This document shows positions 26,782-38,643 of a DNA stretch of 64,000 bases, one piece after another. Within the stretch, counting starts at the first letter, position 1. The number at the start of each line of letters is the position of its first letter. The notes under the pieces are model-generated. The model searched no databases. It was not told the DNA's origin and saw only the letters and a program-made list of their open reading frames with translations. The DNA is from Harriotta raleighana. Its lineage: Eukaryota. The stretch is from positions 661,024-725,023 of the forward strand of contig JBNZDD010013687.1 in assembly GCA_050575255.1 (NCBI GenBank), given 5' to 3'. The translations under genes were made by a program, and so were the position numbers.

Positions 26782-27335
26782 GCAGATGGGGAGGTGTTTT
26801 ACATTAAGATACTTTGTGAAAACATGAATGTTTGAGAATCACGCTGCTAGTCAAGATATGGAAAGGGCTAATGAAAAACATGCCAAGGATCACCAAGAAT
26901 CAGGAGGATGACCAATGAGGGAATAATCACATGTAAAGGGGTTTTAGAGTAAGCAAGGCTAGTGGAGAAGTATAAGAATAGGAGGGAAAGAGTGGCTCAA
27001 TACAACAGTTGGGGGAATAGCTCAAGTTGGAAGCCAAGATCTCCAGCCTGCCACTGTTGACCAGAACTACTGGAATGGGTAGTTGATTTCAGTTGTTTTA
27101 CAGGCAATGAATGGTTAGTTACAGAAGCAAGCACCTGGTCTTACAATTAGTGAATAGGCTAAACAGAGCATGAGATTGGTGCTGTTGTATGCTGTATGTC
27201 CCGAGTTGCATGGGGTTGTTATCTGTGACTGGAGGTTTCAGTGTTAAGGGCTACAAGGTATCTTGACTAGCAGAGCAGTCCTCAAACATTCCTGTTTTCT
27301 CAAAGTATTGTATCGTAAAACACCTCCCCATCTGC
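26782..27335. repeat. Inverted repeat IR3: arms 26782-26858 and 27259-27335, spacer 400 bp
   Basis: GCAGATGGGGAGGTGTTTTAC...CTGCTAGTCAAGATA versus reverse complement: 11 mismatches in 77 bp, no indels, outer 21 bp perfect. Confidence 0.93.
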
Positions 27336-27530
27336 TGTTTGTAATAAGTACAGTATATAACTGTCCGTGTTGTTGTTAATAAAATTGAGTTGCACCAAAT
27401 TGGATTGTCTGGTTATTTAATTTGAACCTCGAGGATCAGGAATCCCAACTGTACTTAAATGCACAAGCTCGCAGAAAAAAAAGCTAGCGATTTTGATCAG
27501 AAATCAACACACCTAGTATTTCTCTTACAG

Positions 27531-27751
27531 ATAAACCAAATGCAGGAAGATCCTTTAGGTTTTTTCAATAATTACTTCTTATATTGAATTGTGAGTTCTT
27601 TGGTTGCGTTCCAGCCCCTAACTGTACTGCCACAGTATTTTTCAGTATCCTTCAGTTACTAAAGCAGCAGTGAACACAGGTGCTCTGCTTGTCCAAGGAA
27701 AGGTGCTCTTATGAGACAAAGTTAGATTCTTGCATTGAAGAAGGAATTTGG
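27531..27751 (+). other. Candidate exon
   Basis: Acceptor atttctcttacAG (alternative acceptors near 27645-55) and strong donor TGG|GTAAGT. Confidence 0.25.
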
Positions 27752-28927
27752 GTAAGTGTTTTATGATTATTAACATCATTCCAACTACAATTATTAGCAT
27801 TGTAGTTAAAATTCTCGTAGCTTTTTAGTACAAGAAATTGAAGGATATTTTACAAGGTACAAAGCCACCCTGTGTTCAAACACTTCGCAAGTCTGGTGCA
27901 AAGTTTAGTGACGTTGTCATGTGTTAACAATGCTTTTAGCGCACACTGGTAGATATTGTGAAAGTATCTGCACTTAGCAAAGTAAGGAATATCTCAACCA
28001 CTGCCATTTAACTTAGACGGTCTGACATCAGGAAGGCTTTCAATTGCAGCCTGTATTGTTGAGGACTTGTTCCTAATGAGTAAGACATGCTCTTTGAACC
28101 CAAGAATACACATTCTGTAAACTAAGTCTACATTTAAGGAAAAATCAGGCTCAACGGTTCCCTTCAGATATAATTTTTTAATAATTGGTCTTTTATTTTT
28201 CCTGGGGTAATCGTTTTGAGAAATAAATTGTTCTGAATGTTTAGGCATATAGAACCCCAGATTGTACAGGAAAGGAAGGAAATTACATCAGTTCATCATT
28301 ACTTGCAAGGGTCACTCCATAAATAAATAGTTACACTTGTCAATGACAAAATTATACACACAAGTGCTTTCAACACAATATTGCATTTAGACATTGCCAA
28401 CTTATACACAACACTTTTCCCTAGACCTACAAAGAGGCTGTATTTGAAAACCATCAAACCTAATCTTTGCTAGGTCCCTGGTAGATTTGTTCATATAAAT
28501 ATATTTTATTGGGAGAATAGTGCCCCACTACAGAGCATTCTTCATGCAAAACAGTATTTTTAATGCATTGCTCATTATCCTGAACCTCCTAAATTCCAGT
28601 GAAACTCTAAACTCTTGGCAGGAGAATACCTTTTATCTAGAAAATCTAATTAAAGAACCAAGATGTACAGTTGATAGTCAAGGTTGAAAAGAGGAGAAAA
28701 AACAAGGTGCCTTGAGAAGTGATTAGGTAAAATAATCGAGCAAAGTTCTTCAGACTTACAGTCTTTGGAAAGAATATACAGTATTTTAAACACTGTAACA
28801 AGGTTTGGTTTGAGTAGAATGAGGAAAGTGGGAGGTTGAAGACTATGGGATGGCATGTTTGGCATTTGGAAGGAACGAAAGAGGAGATAAAGTCAGATTG
28901 CCCTTGTAATCCAAGGGCAGTGGAGTG

Positions 28928-29402
28928 CCAGAAAAGCTGTTTTGTTCTGGAAGCAAATCCAATTTGCCATATATATTTTAATACCTATGAAAATCTAACT
29001 CAAAGTTATATACTCAAACTGGTCTTTTCATTTATGCACAGACCCTTAGTATGAACAGGAAAAGGATTCTGACATAGATGTAAGGTGCATTCATGTGGTA
29101 TTTAGTGTCATATTTTGACAAATCTATTTCTGGATGCAATCTCTGTTTTATCTTTGGCTCACACATGTTTTTATAGCAGGTTGAATGAAGCACTTATTTC
29201 CAAATTATAACAACAACAAAATTACATTTGTGGAGCATCTTTCATGTCAGGAGGGCGTCCTAAGGTTCTGAACATCAGGTGTCAGGACCCAAGCATTATA
29301 GTGGGGGGGATGGGTGGGGAGGGCGGAGAGGTGGTGTCTGAAGGCATGGTCGAAAAAGAGGGTCTATGGATGGATTTGCTTCCAGAACAAAACAGCTTCT
29401 GG
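28928..29402. repeat. Inverted repeat IR4: arms 28928-28961 and 29371-29402
   Basis: CCAGAA(AA)GCTGTTTTGTTCTGGAAGCAAATCCA and its reverse complement, identical apart from a 2-nt indel; ORFs on both strands share SCFVLEANP. Confidence 0.9.
29208..29368 (-). mobile_element. L2 3' end fragment
   Basis: (CAA)n AAATTACATTTGTGGAGCATCTTTCATGTCAGGAGGGCGTCC...GGTCGAAAAAGAGGGTCT. Confidence 0.7.
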
Positions 29403-30089
29403 AATATTTATTCGGACATTTACAGGATAAAGCTGAGATCAAACGGCAAACAAATTCTGGTGAATAAAACCAAACTTCCCCAGGGAAACCGTTTACTAAA
29501 ATCGAATCATTCATCCAACTGATCCAGGAATCATTAAGCTGTGAAAGAGGAACGTAGGTGTGAGACTCAATAAATGTTCCATTCATTAGCCCATCTCTTC
29601 TGGAGGAAGGTATTAGTAATATAGTCCAGCTGGTGGTTTGTTCGTGATTTGATCAAAGTTTGTGATCCAAATTTCCTTTGATCCTCCTTCCTACTTTCCT
29701 GTTAGAAAGGTTACCCTTGTAAAAGGGTACCTGTGTAATCCAGTGCATGCATGGGCTGTATATGTTCAGTAAATCTATTTTTCTTGCAAAGATCCTTGCT
29801 GAAAAAACTGTAGCAATCAATCTGATGATTTCTGCCAGTTTGCAAAAGGACAATTGTTCAAGCTAGATTTGTTAAGTTAAAAAATTCAATCTAAAGTTTG
29901 GTACACAAGCATTTTCAGGTACTGTACAGTGAAGACAGCCTTTTGCGAAGTGAAAGACCGGACAGTGGGTGGGAATCTGGCTTGAGTTCTGATCAGTAAA
30001 ACTGTTCATTGTAAACCTCCAAACCTAACACCACCATAAAATACATAACTAGACAGGGAGAATTACATTTTTTTGTCGCCTTTTTGAAA

Positions 30090-30227
30090 GATTGACCACT
30101 TGTATCTTGCCCACAAAATATACAGTAAATGTACACTTTATAGTATATTTTGTGAAGCACTGTGAGACCTCTCAATGAGGTAATAAGGCTTTATATCAAA
30201 GGTAAGGATTATTTTTATCATTATATT
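30090..30227 (+). mobile_element. SINE 3' tail remnant
   Basis: GCCCACAAAATATACAGT...TGTGAAGCACTGTGAGACC...TATATCAAAGGTAAGGATTATT. Confidence 0.7.
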
Positions 30228-31160
30228 CTTGGCTCATTCCTAGTTTAATAGTGGTGCATCTACCATTAAGCTGGGTGATAATACGGTAACAGTACGGTTT
30301 GCGAAGCATTGTAATTATATACAATACAGTTAAACAGCGCTTTTCACTGTTCAGGAGGACATCTCAAAGTGCTTGATACAGCTGACTGAGCACCTGAGCT
30401 GTGTGAGGAAGTAAAGATAATCAAAAGCACACTCTAGTAGGTAGGTAAGATGGGCTGTAGATGTGAGAATTTATTAATTTATCCTTTTTCTCCAATAAGT
30501 GTACATGAAATATGCTTGGAAGTTACTCTCCAAGGATTTCAGCTTCTCTTCCCAATGGTACTATGTGTTGCAGTAAAGTAGGTCATCTCTAAGTAACACT
30601 AGCCAGGCCCTGAAGCACTTTGAACTTAACAGCTGCAGACCTCTGGATAAATGGGTCTCTATTAGGTTTTATAAACCAAATGAACTTCAGACGCATTTTT
30701 ATTTACCAAAAAAATGTACTTTCAAATTAACTTTTCCTTCTTAATCCTACATCAGAATCATCAGTCAGCACTGGGGAGGTTTCCAACAGCAACACTCAAT
30801 CTTTACAAGACTAATTAAATTTACTGAACAGAAATATAGCCTAGAATACTGAATAACACAAACACCTTATTACAAGAGTCATCTTTCGAAATAGAAAGTG
30901 AAGCTTTGAGACTGTCCTGTTTTGCATATGTGATGGACTCACACATCTGGACTTGATAGAAATCTAACTTCTCCAAAAGGTTCATTAGGCAAATAGGAAG
31001 AGTTTCATGTTTGGAATCAGCAAGTCAATTCTCGCTGCGTTAACTGTACCAGGGTCTCTGGTGAATTTGCTGAATAGAAATAGTTTGAAAGTGTGCGCAT
31101 TTGGGTTAATAAACATCCTGCTAACATAATGCTGTATTTTTTGATTTTGCTTGCATTCAG

Positions 31161-31282
31161 ATGATTCAATGGGTCACCTTTTCGTTCACATCCACACCTG
31201 GGTTAGAAGTGGGCCAGAAACGGATCCCAGCTGCAGGTCGGAAACAAGTTCCAACCTCAGGTCGATAGTACATTTCAAGAAG
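31161..31282 (+). other. Candidate exon (122 nt, one open frame)
   Basis: Acceptor attttgcttgcattcAG and strong donor AAG|GTAAGA; more GC-rich than its flanks. Confidence 0.35.
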
Positions 31283-31546
31283 GTAAGATATTGATCGGCA
31301 ACATTCAGAATAATAGCATTGACTGGATAGAAGTTAGACAAATAACTTTGGTGGTACCAGTACCTACGTACAGGTTGAAATGTCCTTCACATTCCTGTTG
31401 GCACCAGTGGCCGACCATAAAAATAACGAGAGTAACTCTGTATGTCAGTGAATGAGTTGGAAGTTTTTCTGACCATTTTTTCTTATCATTGCAATCAAAT
31501 GATGTAGTCTTTATAATAGTATAGTACAGCTATTAGGATAACAATA

Positions 31547-31850
31547 CAGTAAAAGCCTGTTTATCCGGCACCCGCGGGACCTGGTCAATGCTGGGTAAAT
31601 GGCTTGCCGGTTAAGTGGTTGGATCCGACGCCAAAAACCCAACACAATTTTTTTAAACTTATTTTAACACATACCATATTAATAATAGACTAAATAATAA
31701 CAGATAATAACAGAATATTAAATGGGTACTTTATTGTAAATAATGTACATTGTACAATATAAATAATAGACCAAATACAGTAAAAACAGGTACTGTAACG
31801 ACAGAATATGGAAGTTCCAGTTCATCGAGTCACAGATAAACGGGCTTTTG
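31547..31850. mobile_element. Tc1/mariner (Tigger/pogo-like) MITE
   Basis: TA|CAGTAAAAGCCTGTTTATCCG ... CAGATAAACGGGCTTTTG|TA: terminal inverted repeats (right one lacking 3 nt) with TA duplications and an AT-rich interior. Confidence 0.8.
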
Positions 31851-31858
31851 TAATACAG

Positions 31859-32089
31859 TAATGATAATAATCCTTGGATTTGATATAGGGCTTTTCACAT
31901 CTTCTAGACGTCTCAAAGTGCTTCACAGAATATACTGTAAAGTGATTTGACTGTATTTGTGGGTGAAATGCAGCAGCCAATTGCGCACATCAGTGACCCC
32001 ACAAACAGTCGTGGATTGAAATGACCAATTTTATTGTTGTGTTTTTTTTGGAGGGGTTATTATTAGGCATGTGGACTAAGGACTTATCC
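31859..32089 (-). mobile_element. tRNA-derived SINE, 5'-truncated
   Basis: Reverse complement of the SINE body and tail; stops near GGACTAAGGACTTATCC, with no tRNA head. Confidence 0.9.
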
Positions 32090-34087
32090 TGTTTACAATT
32101 TTCAAAAAAGCAGCCTTGCAAGTTCACTGAAAGTTGGCTTATCATGGTTGTGTGATATAGCCCAGACATGCTTTTGGATTGTTGGATTGCCTCATTCGTG
32201 TCATACGTTACGCAAATCGCTTTGATGTGAGATTTAAATTAATGGAGGATAGTCTTTGACCTTGGGAGATGGGTAAGTTTCCTTTAGACAAGTTTCTTTC
32301 GTGATGGGTCCGAATCCCGATGCCTTGTTTATGGTATATACTGTCTATGTCTATACTGGTGTCTATACTCTACAGTATGAAACAGCTGGCTTCAAAGCTG
32401 CTTTTCAAGCACAAACTTCCCTGCTGATAGCTCAGCATTTACTTAACCTATGTTTACAGGATAACTTAGCCGACCAGAAATGTCTCTGGACTGCAGATTT
32501 ATCTCAGTCAAAACACGAGAAATGCTTCCTCCATTTTATTGAAATAGAAATTTTAGGCTTTGATCTCAAAAGTAACCAACTTTAATTAATTGAATGCAGA
32601 CAAGCTACAATATGCACAGGCAGCAGCAAAAGGACAGATTGAATTTCATCCACAAAATGGGATTTGAATAGCGAAATGTACAAATTTAATCTTGTTGTTG
32701 AAAGATATTCTTTACTTGAAGTAATCATTAATTTTTTGTTGTAATGAAAGCTAGGTTAATGTTTTATTAATGTTCTAATTTGTATTAGCAATTTAGTTTC
32801 AATCAAGTAAACTTAGTGGCCAAGTTGGTTGACTTAGATCCACACCCGTTCCCATAGTATTGCTTTAAATACTCTTCTCTGGTGATTGGGTTTAGATAGA
32901 TTTGAAGAACTGAGGTTCAGATTTAATGGTTTCTTAATATTTTCTTTAGTGTCTGTTCCCATCACAACGTGTTTAAACCTTTCTGACGTGTACTCATATA
33001 TTGTTTTCAAGTGAGACCCTTGTAAATGGGTTTTATTTGCTATTTCTGAGAGAGCAGCAGTTTACAGTTAATAGCTCCAGAAGGCGAGCAGACATCAGTA
33101 TAGACATGATGGACCAAATGACCTCAATTCCATGCAGTAAAGTTTCTATGACTCTTTGCATTGCAAATTCCACTATTCCGTGCCGACCAGCTTATTTACT
33201 TGCGGTAGATTCCAGATCTAGTCACGACCCAGTTTCTACTTCACAACTGAGAGTTTGCTTTAATGTTACGGGTACACTTGATTTTAGGTGAACATTACAT
33301 TGGAATTACTACAATTTGTACAGATGAGATAGATAATGAGGCTAAGAAATACTCATCACCATTTTCAGATGGAGCTGATATCATTTCAGCTGCATGTGGG
33401 TGAATGTTTTTACCCTGATACATGGCATGCATCAGAGTTCCTGAGAGTCAGGGACTAAGAATTCTTCTATGAGAGCTCATCCTAATGAGAACAGTCAGCC
33501 AGAGTCAATGTGTGGGTGTCCACATGATAATACATTATCTGAAATTTTGAAATCACTCTCAACAAATGCCAACAAGTGCCAAAAGCAAAAATAAGAGTGT
33601 TTTTTAAAAAGAAATAATGAAACATTATAAAATCTTGCCTGATAAACCTTTTACAACACTGGGGATATTATCTTGTGGCTTATTTTAGAAGCAAAAATTT
33701 ATGTTCTGCTGCCATAATGTACATCAAGTAAGATTGAACTTCAATTTTGACATTTCAATTTTAAAGTTCAATCTGTGTGATTTATGAATTGATCTATTCC
33801 AATGTCATGTAAATCCTTAAATTGATTGGCTGCCAACAGATAGCTTTAGTGGGGGTATTGTTTTTGAAGTTTCAATTCCTCTTATTTTCTGGCTGGGTTA
33901 CATAAGTGTCTGTTGTTGTTGAACTCAGATGTTGATGAGTCAAGTAAGCTATTTCAACACTTGTTTTATGTTAGACTATCTGAGGTTTCAACCTCTCCAT
34001 TGACAGTGATTAATATTCACCAGTTACGCTTCTGTTGTCTTTCGTCATTATTCAGTCAGGCTATTCATCAACGTGCCTCATCCATTT

Positions 34088-34310
34088 GAGATTGATAGAT
34101 TTCTTGTGGATAAAGGGATTAAGGGATATGGGGATAAGGCGGGTAGGTGGAGTTTGATTAGAAGATCAGCCATGATCTTATTGAATGGCAGAGTGGGCTC
34201 GAGGGGCCGAATGGCCTACTCCTGCTCCTAATTCTTATGTAAACTCATTTTGGAAAAGTTGTGTTTTTTTAAAAAAATTCTGAATATTATGTTCTTATGT
34301 TCTATGTTCT
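34088..34310 (+). mobile_element. CR1 LINE (HER1-like) 3' end
   Basis: GAGATTGATAGATTTCTTG...AAGGGATATGGGG...GATCAGCCATGATCTTATTGAATGGC...GGGCCGAATGGCCTACTCCTGCTCCTAATTCTTATG, characteristic of chondrichthyan CR1 tails. Confidence 0.85.
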
Positions 34311-34359
34311 CATGAGAGGGACGTATTGAAGCTCTGGGAAATAATTGATAGTAAAACCA

Positions 34360-34700
34360 CAGATGAAGAAAGCCCTTTGGTCCATTTAATTTTATCCTTC
34401 CAGAATACTATCCTACTAACTTTTCATCACAGCATGCATCCTATTGTTTCTTTTCAAATTAATCCAATGTCCTGGCCTCCAAGACCACCAAACCTTATTA
34501 CTTGTTCCAGTGATTAATTAGTTTGCGGAAGGAAACATTCCTTGGTGCCTGCCTTGATATCGCAATCCTAAATCTGTGTTCTCTTGTACTACTACTTTGG
34601 TGTATCTGACAGTATTGTTCTGGGCTCACTTTCCGGATGCCACTTAAATGACATTGACCAGCTTTCAGTGCATGGGTATCCTGTTGATTGATCATAGATC
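34360..34700 (-). mobile_element. Degenerate CR1-like fragment
   Basis: GATGAAGAAAGCCCTTTGGTCCATTTAATTTATCCTTCCAGAATA, homologous to the fragment at 48976. Confidence 0.55.
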
Positions 34701-34779
34701 AGGTTTGGCTGTGGCCATAGAAAAGCGAAGGTATGTGGAGCAGAGAAATTATGTGGCTTTAAAGACGTACAGAATGATA

Positions 34780-34920
34780 TGATACAGAAACAGGCCATTC
34801 AACCCATCCAGTCTACGCTAGTGTTTGTATACCCCATGAGCTCCCACTGCTCCTTTCCCCTTTGCTATCCCTCTCTTCATTCCCTTCTCCTTCATGTGTG
34901 AATCAAATGTTTCTTAAATA
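34780..34920 (-). mobile_element. CR1 3' end fragment
   Basis: ACAGAAACAGGCCATTCAACCCATCCAGTCTACGCTAGTGTTT, antisense of a CR1 tail. Confidence 0.55.
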
Positions 34921-35019
34921 TAATAATAATCAATCACAGCTTCTGCAGCAAGTTAATGAAATAAAAGTATAAGTGACATAATCCTATTTGATGTTTCTAA
35001 AGATTCCTTTCTGATACTG

Positions 35020-35313
35020 TACTGTAGCTCAATGGTTAGAGCACTCGCCTTACAAACAAGTGAACTGGGTTTGATTCTAGTTAGAGCAAAACTTTGGACA
35101 AGTTTTCTTGCTCCACCCGCGTAATAATAAGCCCTCAAAACTAATTAGTCATTTCAATCCACGACTGCATCAAGGTCAATAACTGCTGTGTATGATTGGC
35201 TGCTGCATTTTGCCCAGAAGTATAGTCAATTCGCTTTATGGTATATTCTGTGAAGCACTTTGAGATGTCTAGAAGTCGTGAGAAGCGCTATATCAAATGC
35301 ATGGATTATTATT
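35020..35313 (+). mobile_element. tRNA-derived SINE, near full length
   Basis: CTGTAGCTCAATGGTTAGAGCACTCGCCTTAC...TATCAAATGCATGGATTATTATT. Confidence 0.92.
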
Positions 35314-37249
35314 GTTAACGACGGGTACACTGTAAATACCGGGGACAAAATGATGAATGAAATCCAGAAATGCGTTTTCCCCTTAAGATACTGAAAACCT
35401 CAGCACATTGTACTGGACAGCATATTTCTCCCCAGTGAGGAGTTTTCTCCAGGAATAGTTACATGACTGGAAATCGTCTCATTTTTTCAATAGATTCAGT
35501 CTCATCATTCAACATTAATGTCATCGAGGATGTTTAAACTTCGCATTATTATTATTACCCTGAGGAATCAGCAAATTCCAGCCATCAAAGTAAAAATTTG
35601 ATACAATTGTTTAAATATTCTTCTATGACATTTTTCAGTCGAACTGCAGCTTCTGATCAATGTTTGCATAACATTGTCTGTAGTATTGCACAAGGGACAC
35701 ACTTCTGGAGAATAGAGTAACAAATAAAATATAATGGGTAGAGTATGTAGCTTGTTTTCTCAGCCAAGACCCAGAGCTGTGTGCATGTGCATATGCACTT
35801 AATATCGTTTGGGGCTTGTTTGAAAAGATAATGTTGGGAATATGACCAGCCCTAAAAACCCAAGGAGCAGATTAACGCACTGGCATAATGTTTATTTTGA
35901 GATTGCATTGCTCATGAAAATGCTCTGCGATTTTTTACTTTTGGAATTTCACAATCCTGGGTTCACCATAAAAGGAGAAACACTGCAATATCAAAAGCAA
36001 GAAAGCAGAACAAATGACAGAGTGTAAAGGCATAAGGAAAATATGCAAGACATTTCCATCGTCCGTCTTTTCCTGCCTTCATCATACCAGAACGTGGTGG
36101 GAAAATAAGGATGGCTAATGGTCCCAGAGCAGTCAGAGTTCACCTCTGGTGAATCTGTCTCTCATGTGCCCACACATATAGCCATGAAGCTGATCTAAAA
36201 ATAAAAAATGAGTAGGTGGAAGGAACTGTGGTTTACAAATAAATTGCAGAATCTGCTCCACTCGCGTCTTTCAAGCAGGACTTTGCTTTGAAGATTTCCT
36301 ACTTTGGTGAATTGCACAATAGATTCTCAGTCCTATTGAAAATCAAATAACAGCTATTTTAGGGATTCAAGACTCAAGCATCCCAAATATCTGGAGTGGT
36401 AGTAAAACAAAATACCTAATAGCACGGAATGAGCCTCCACTGAACTTGCTGAAAGCGAAGACTGCTGTGTTTAAGACTCTTAAAATACCTGGAGTTTCTT
36501 AGTGTGGAACAACCAAATGGTCATTGAGTTCAAAACCAGTGGGACTTAACGTCTCGAATGCTCTTTGTACTCTGGTACCATTTTATCTCTGGGGACTTAA
36601 TAACTGGAATTGTCAAATACTCATTATTAAAAGAATATACTTTTAAAAGAGGGGGTGAACAAATTGAATATCTTTTGAAATAGAGGGTTTTTGCCTGCAG
36701 TCAAAGATTGTAGTGAGCTAGATATTGTAACCCCATTTGAAAGTTTTATATATAATGGGTTTGGCATTTTGATAAGGGGACCTAGATCAATCGTAGGATG
36801 GTGGGATGAGGGTGATCCCTGTCTAGTATAAAAAAGCCCAGCTTTTAGAAGGGGACTAGTAGTTGGTTTACATAGTGCTGCATTCTCTAAATAAAGAATA
36901 TGAAGTTGTTTGAAGGCTTTCTGACTGTATCTGTTGGACATAATGGTAAGAATTATGATATCATTAAGTTCCATTCACTCAAATGAATCAATATCAGTCC
37001 AACTATGTCTGTTTTGTCACGACAATTTTTTTTTCAAAAATGCAAGCTGAGTTTCAGTTAGTTAATTAATGGTTAATTTCCATTTTTCTTTCTTAAGCCT
37101 TCTCCACAATTCCAATGCTAATTCTTTCACATGCTTAGTATTCACTGAAGAAAGAATATCATGGCCTTTGAAACGTCATGATTCATTTCCACTTATTTCA
37201 ATGAGAGCTTTATTTACATACGTATTCTAAGCTGTTTGTCCGTCTTACT

Positions 37250-37415
37250 GGTCAGCTAATGGCACTCTCGTCTCTGGGTCAGAAATGTGTGAATTGAAGC
37301 CCAACAGTCAGGACTTTGAACTCATCTAGGCTGATACTCCAATGCAGTGTTAGGCAAGCACCTCATTGTCGGAGATGCAGTGATTCAGATGATACTGTAC
37401 ATTGAACTGAGGTTC
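37250..37415 (+). mobile_element. Old SacSINE-like SINE, 5' half
   Basis: GGCACTCTCGTCTCTGGGTCAGAA...TCTAGGCTGATACTCCAATGCAGTG...ATTGTCGGAGATGC. Confidence 0.55.
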
Positions 37416-37424
37416 CATTGATTC

Positions 37425-37670
37425 CCTGCCACATTGTTGAAACTTCTCAAAGTGCTTCATGGAACTTTGTGACTGTTTATTGTGTGACCAATTTCCCTAC
37501 AGCAATGAAGTGTTTGATCAATGATATCAATGGATTGTTGGTCAGGTCACCAGACCAGATCTCTTCAAATAGTGTCATGAGTTATTTAGCTTCCATGTGA
37601 ACAACAATCGAAGACCTTGGTTTAACTTTTCACTCGAAGGACAGCACCTCTGACAGTGCAGCAATTCCCA
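37425..37670 (-). mobile_element. Old SacSINE-like SINE fragment, opposite orientation
   Basis: CTCAAAGTGCTTCA...GACCTTGGTTTAAC...CGAAGGACAGCACCTCTGACAGTGCAGCA. Confidence 0.55.
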
Positions 37671-38468
37671 GCATGTTTCTATCATATTTACACTGTTTTA
37701 TTATATGTTTAGTTTCTATGAGTGAAAGGCACTATACAACTATAATTTTGTTGTTGTATGAGGAGGACAAAAAAGTGGGATCCCTTCATTTTTACTGCTT
37801 TAGGTGTAATTGAGTTCCTATTACTACTGAAGTAGATAGGCAAATAAAATGTCAAAAGTGAGGGGAAAATATAGCAATCATTCTGCTTGATGTTAGCATC
37901 TCAGTTCCATGCTGACCTTCTGTATGTGAAGATAAGTAGCCAGAAGCAATCTCCATGGACTCTCTCAGTGCTGCTTCTTGGCCACGCTTTTGCGATGCAT
38001 TTTTAAGTGATGTAGTAAGAGGGACCACTCCCTAGCCAGTTTCCCCTCCTTCCCACTGACCAAGACTGCCAAGTTTCACCCAAGGGGAATGATTGAGTGC
38101 AAATGTCAGTCATAGACTAGGAATTGTGCTTGGTTCTCCAAGTCCAAGTCCAAAAAGTCCAGTCTTTCTGCTACTGAACCACTCACATGATATGATGTAA
38201 TTGACCGAGTTCAGAAGCAATACTACAGACCTCGGCAGCACTTTAACTAACATTAGGTTGAATCAGCAAAGCAACATCTGCATTATTGGGTAGAGATCAC
38301 ATATGAGGACTCTTGTTATGAAATGCAGAGGAATCCTAACAGTATCTGTGGTTCAATCCTGAGCCTCCCAGGCATCTTAAGATGACACTTTGTCAGAGTG
38401 GTTCCCAGTTCGAATTGCAAATTAAATGAACACTACTGGAAATAGTGTACAAACTTTCTTATGGATAA

Positions 38469-38643
38469 TTCTTATGGATAAAGGGATTAGGGGATATGGG
38501 AATAAGGTGAGTAGTTGGAGTTAGATTAGAAGATCAGGGCAGGCTTGGGGGGATCGAATGGCCTACTCCTGCTCCTAATTCTTATGTAAACTCATTTTAG
38601 AAAAGTTGTTGTTTTTTTAAAAATTCTGAATATTCTTGTTCTT
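38469..38643 (+). mobile_element. CR1 LINE 3' end, same subfamily as 34088
   Basis: GGATAAAGGGATTAGGGGATATGGG...ATGGCCTACTCCTGCTCCTAATTCTTATGTAAACTCATTTT... Confidence 0.85.

Noticed and set aside
33731-33774. Hairpin AGATTGAACTT...AAGTTCAATCT
   Set aside because: Short AT-rich stem, too small for a pre-miRNA and plausible by chance.
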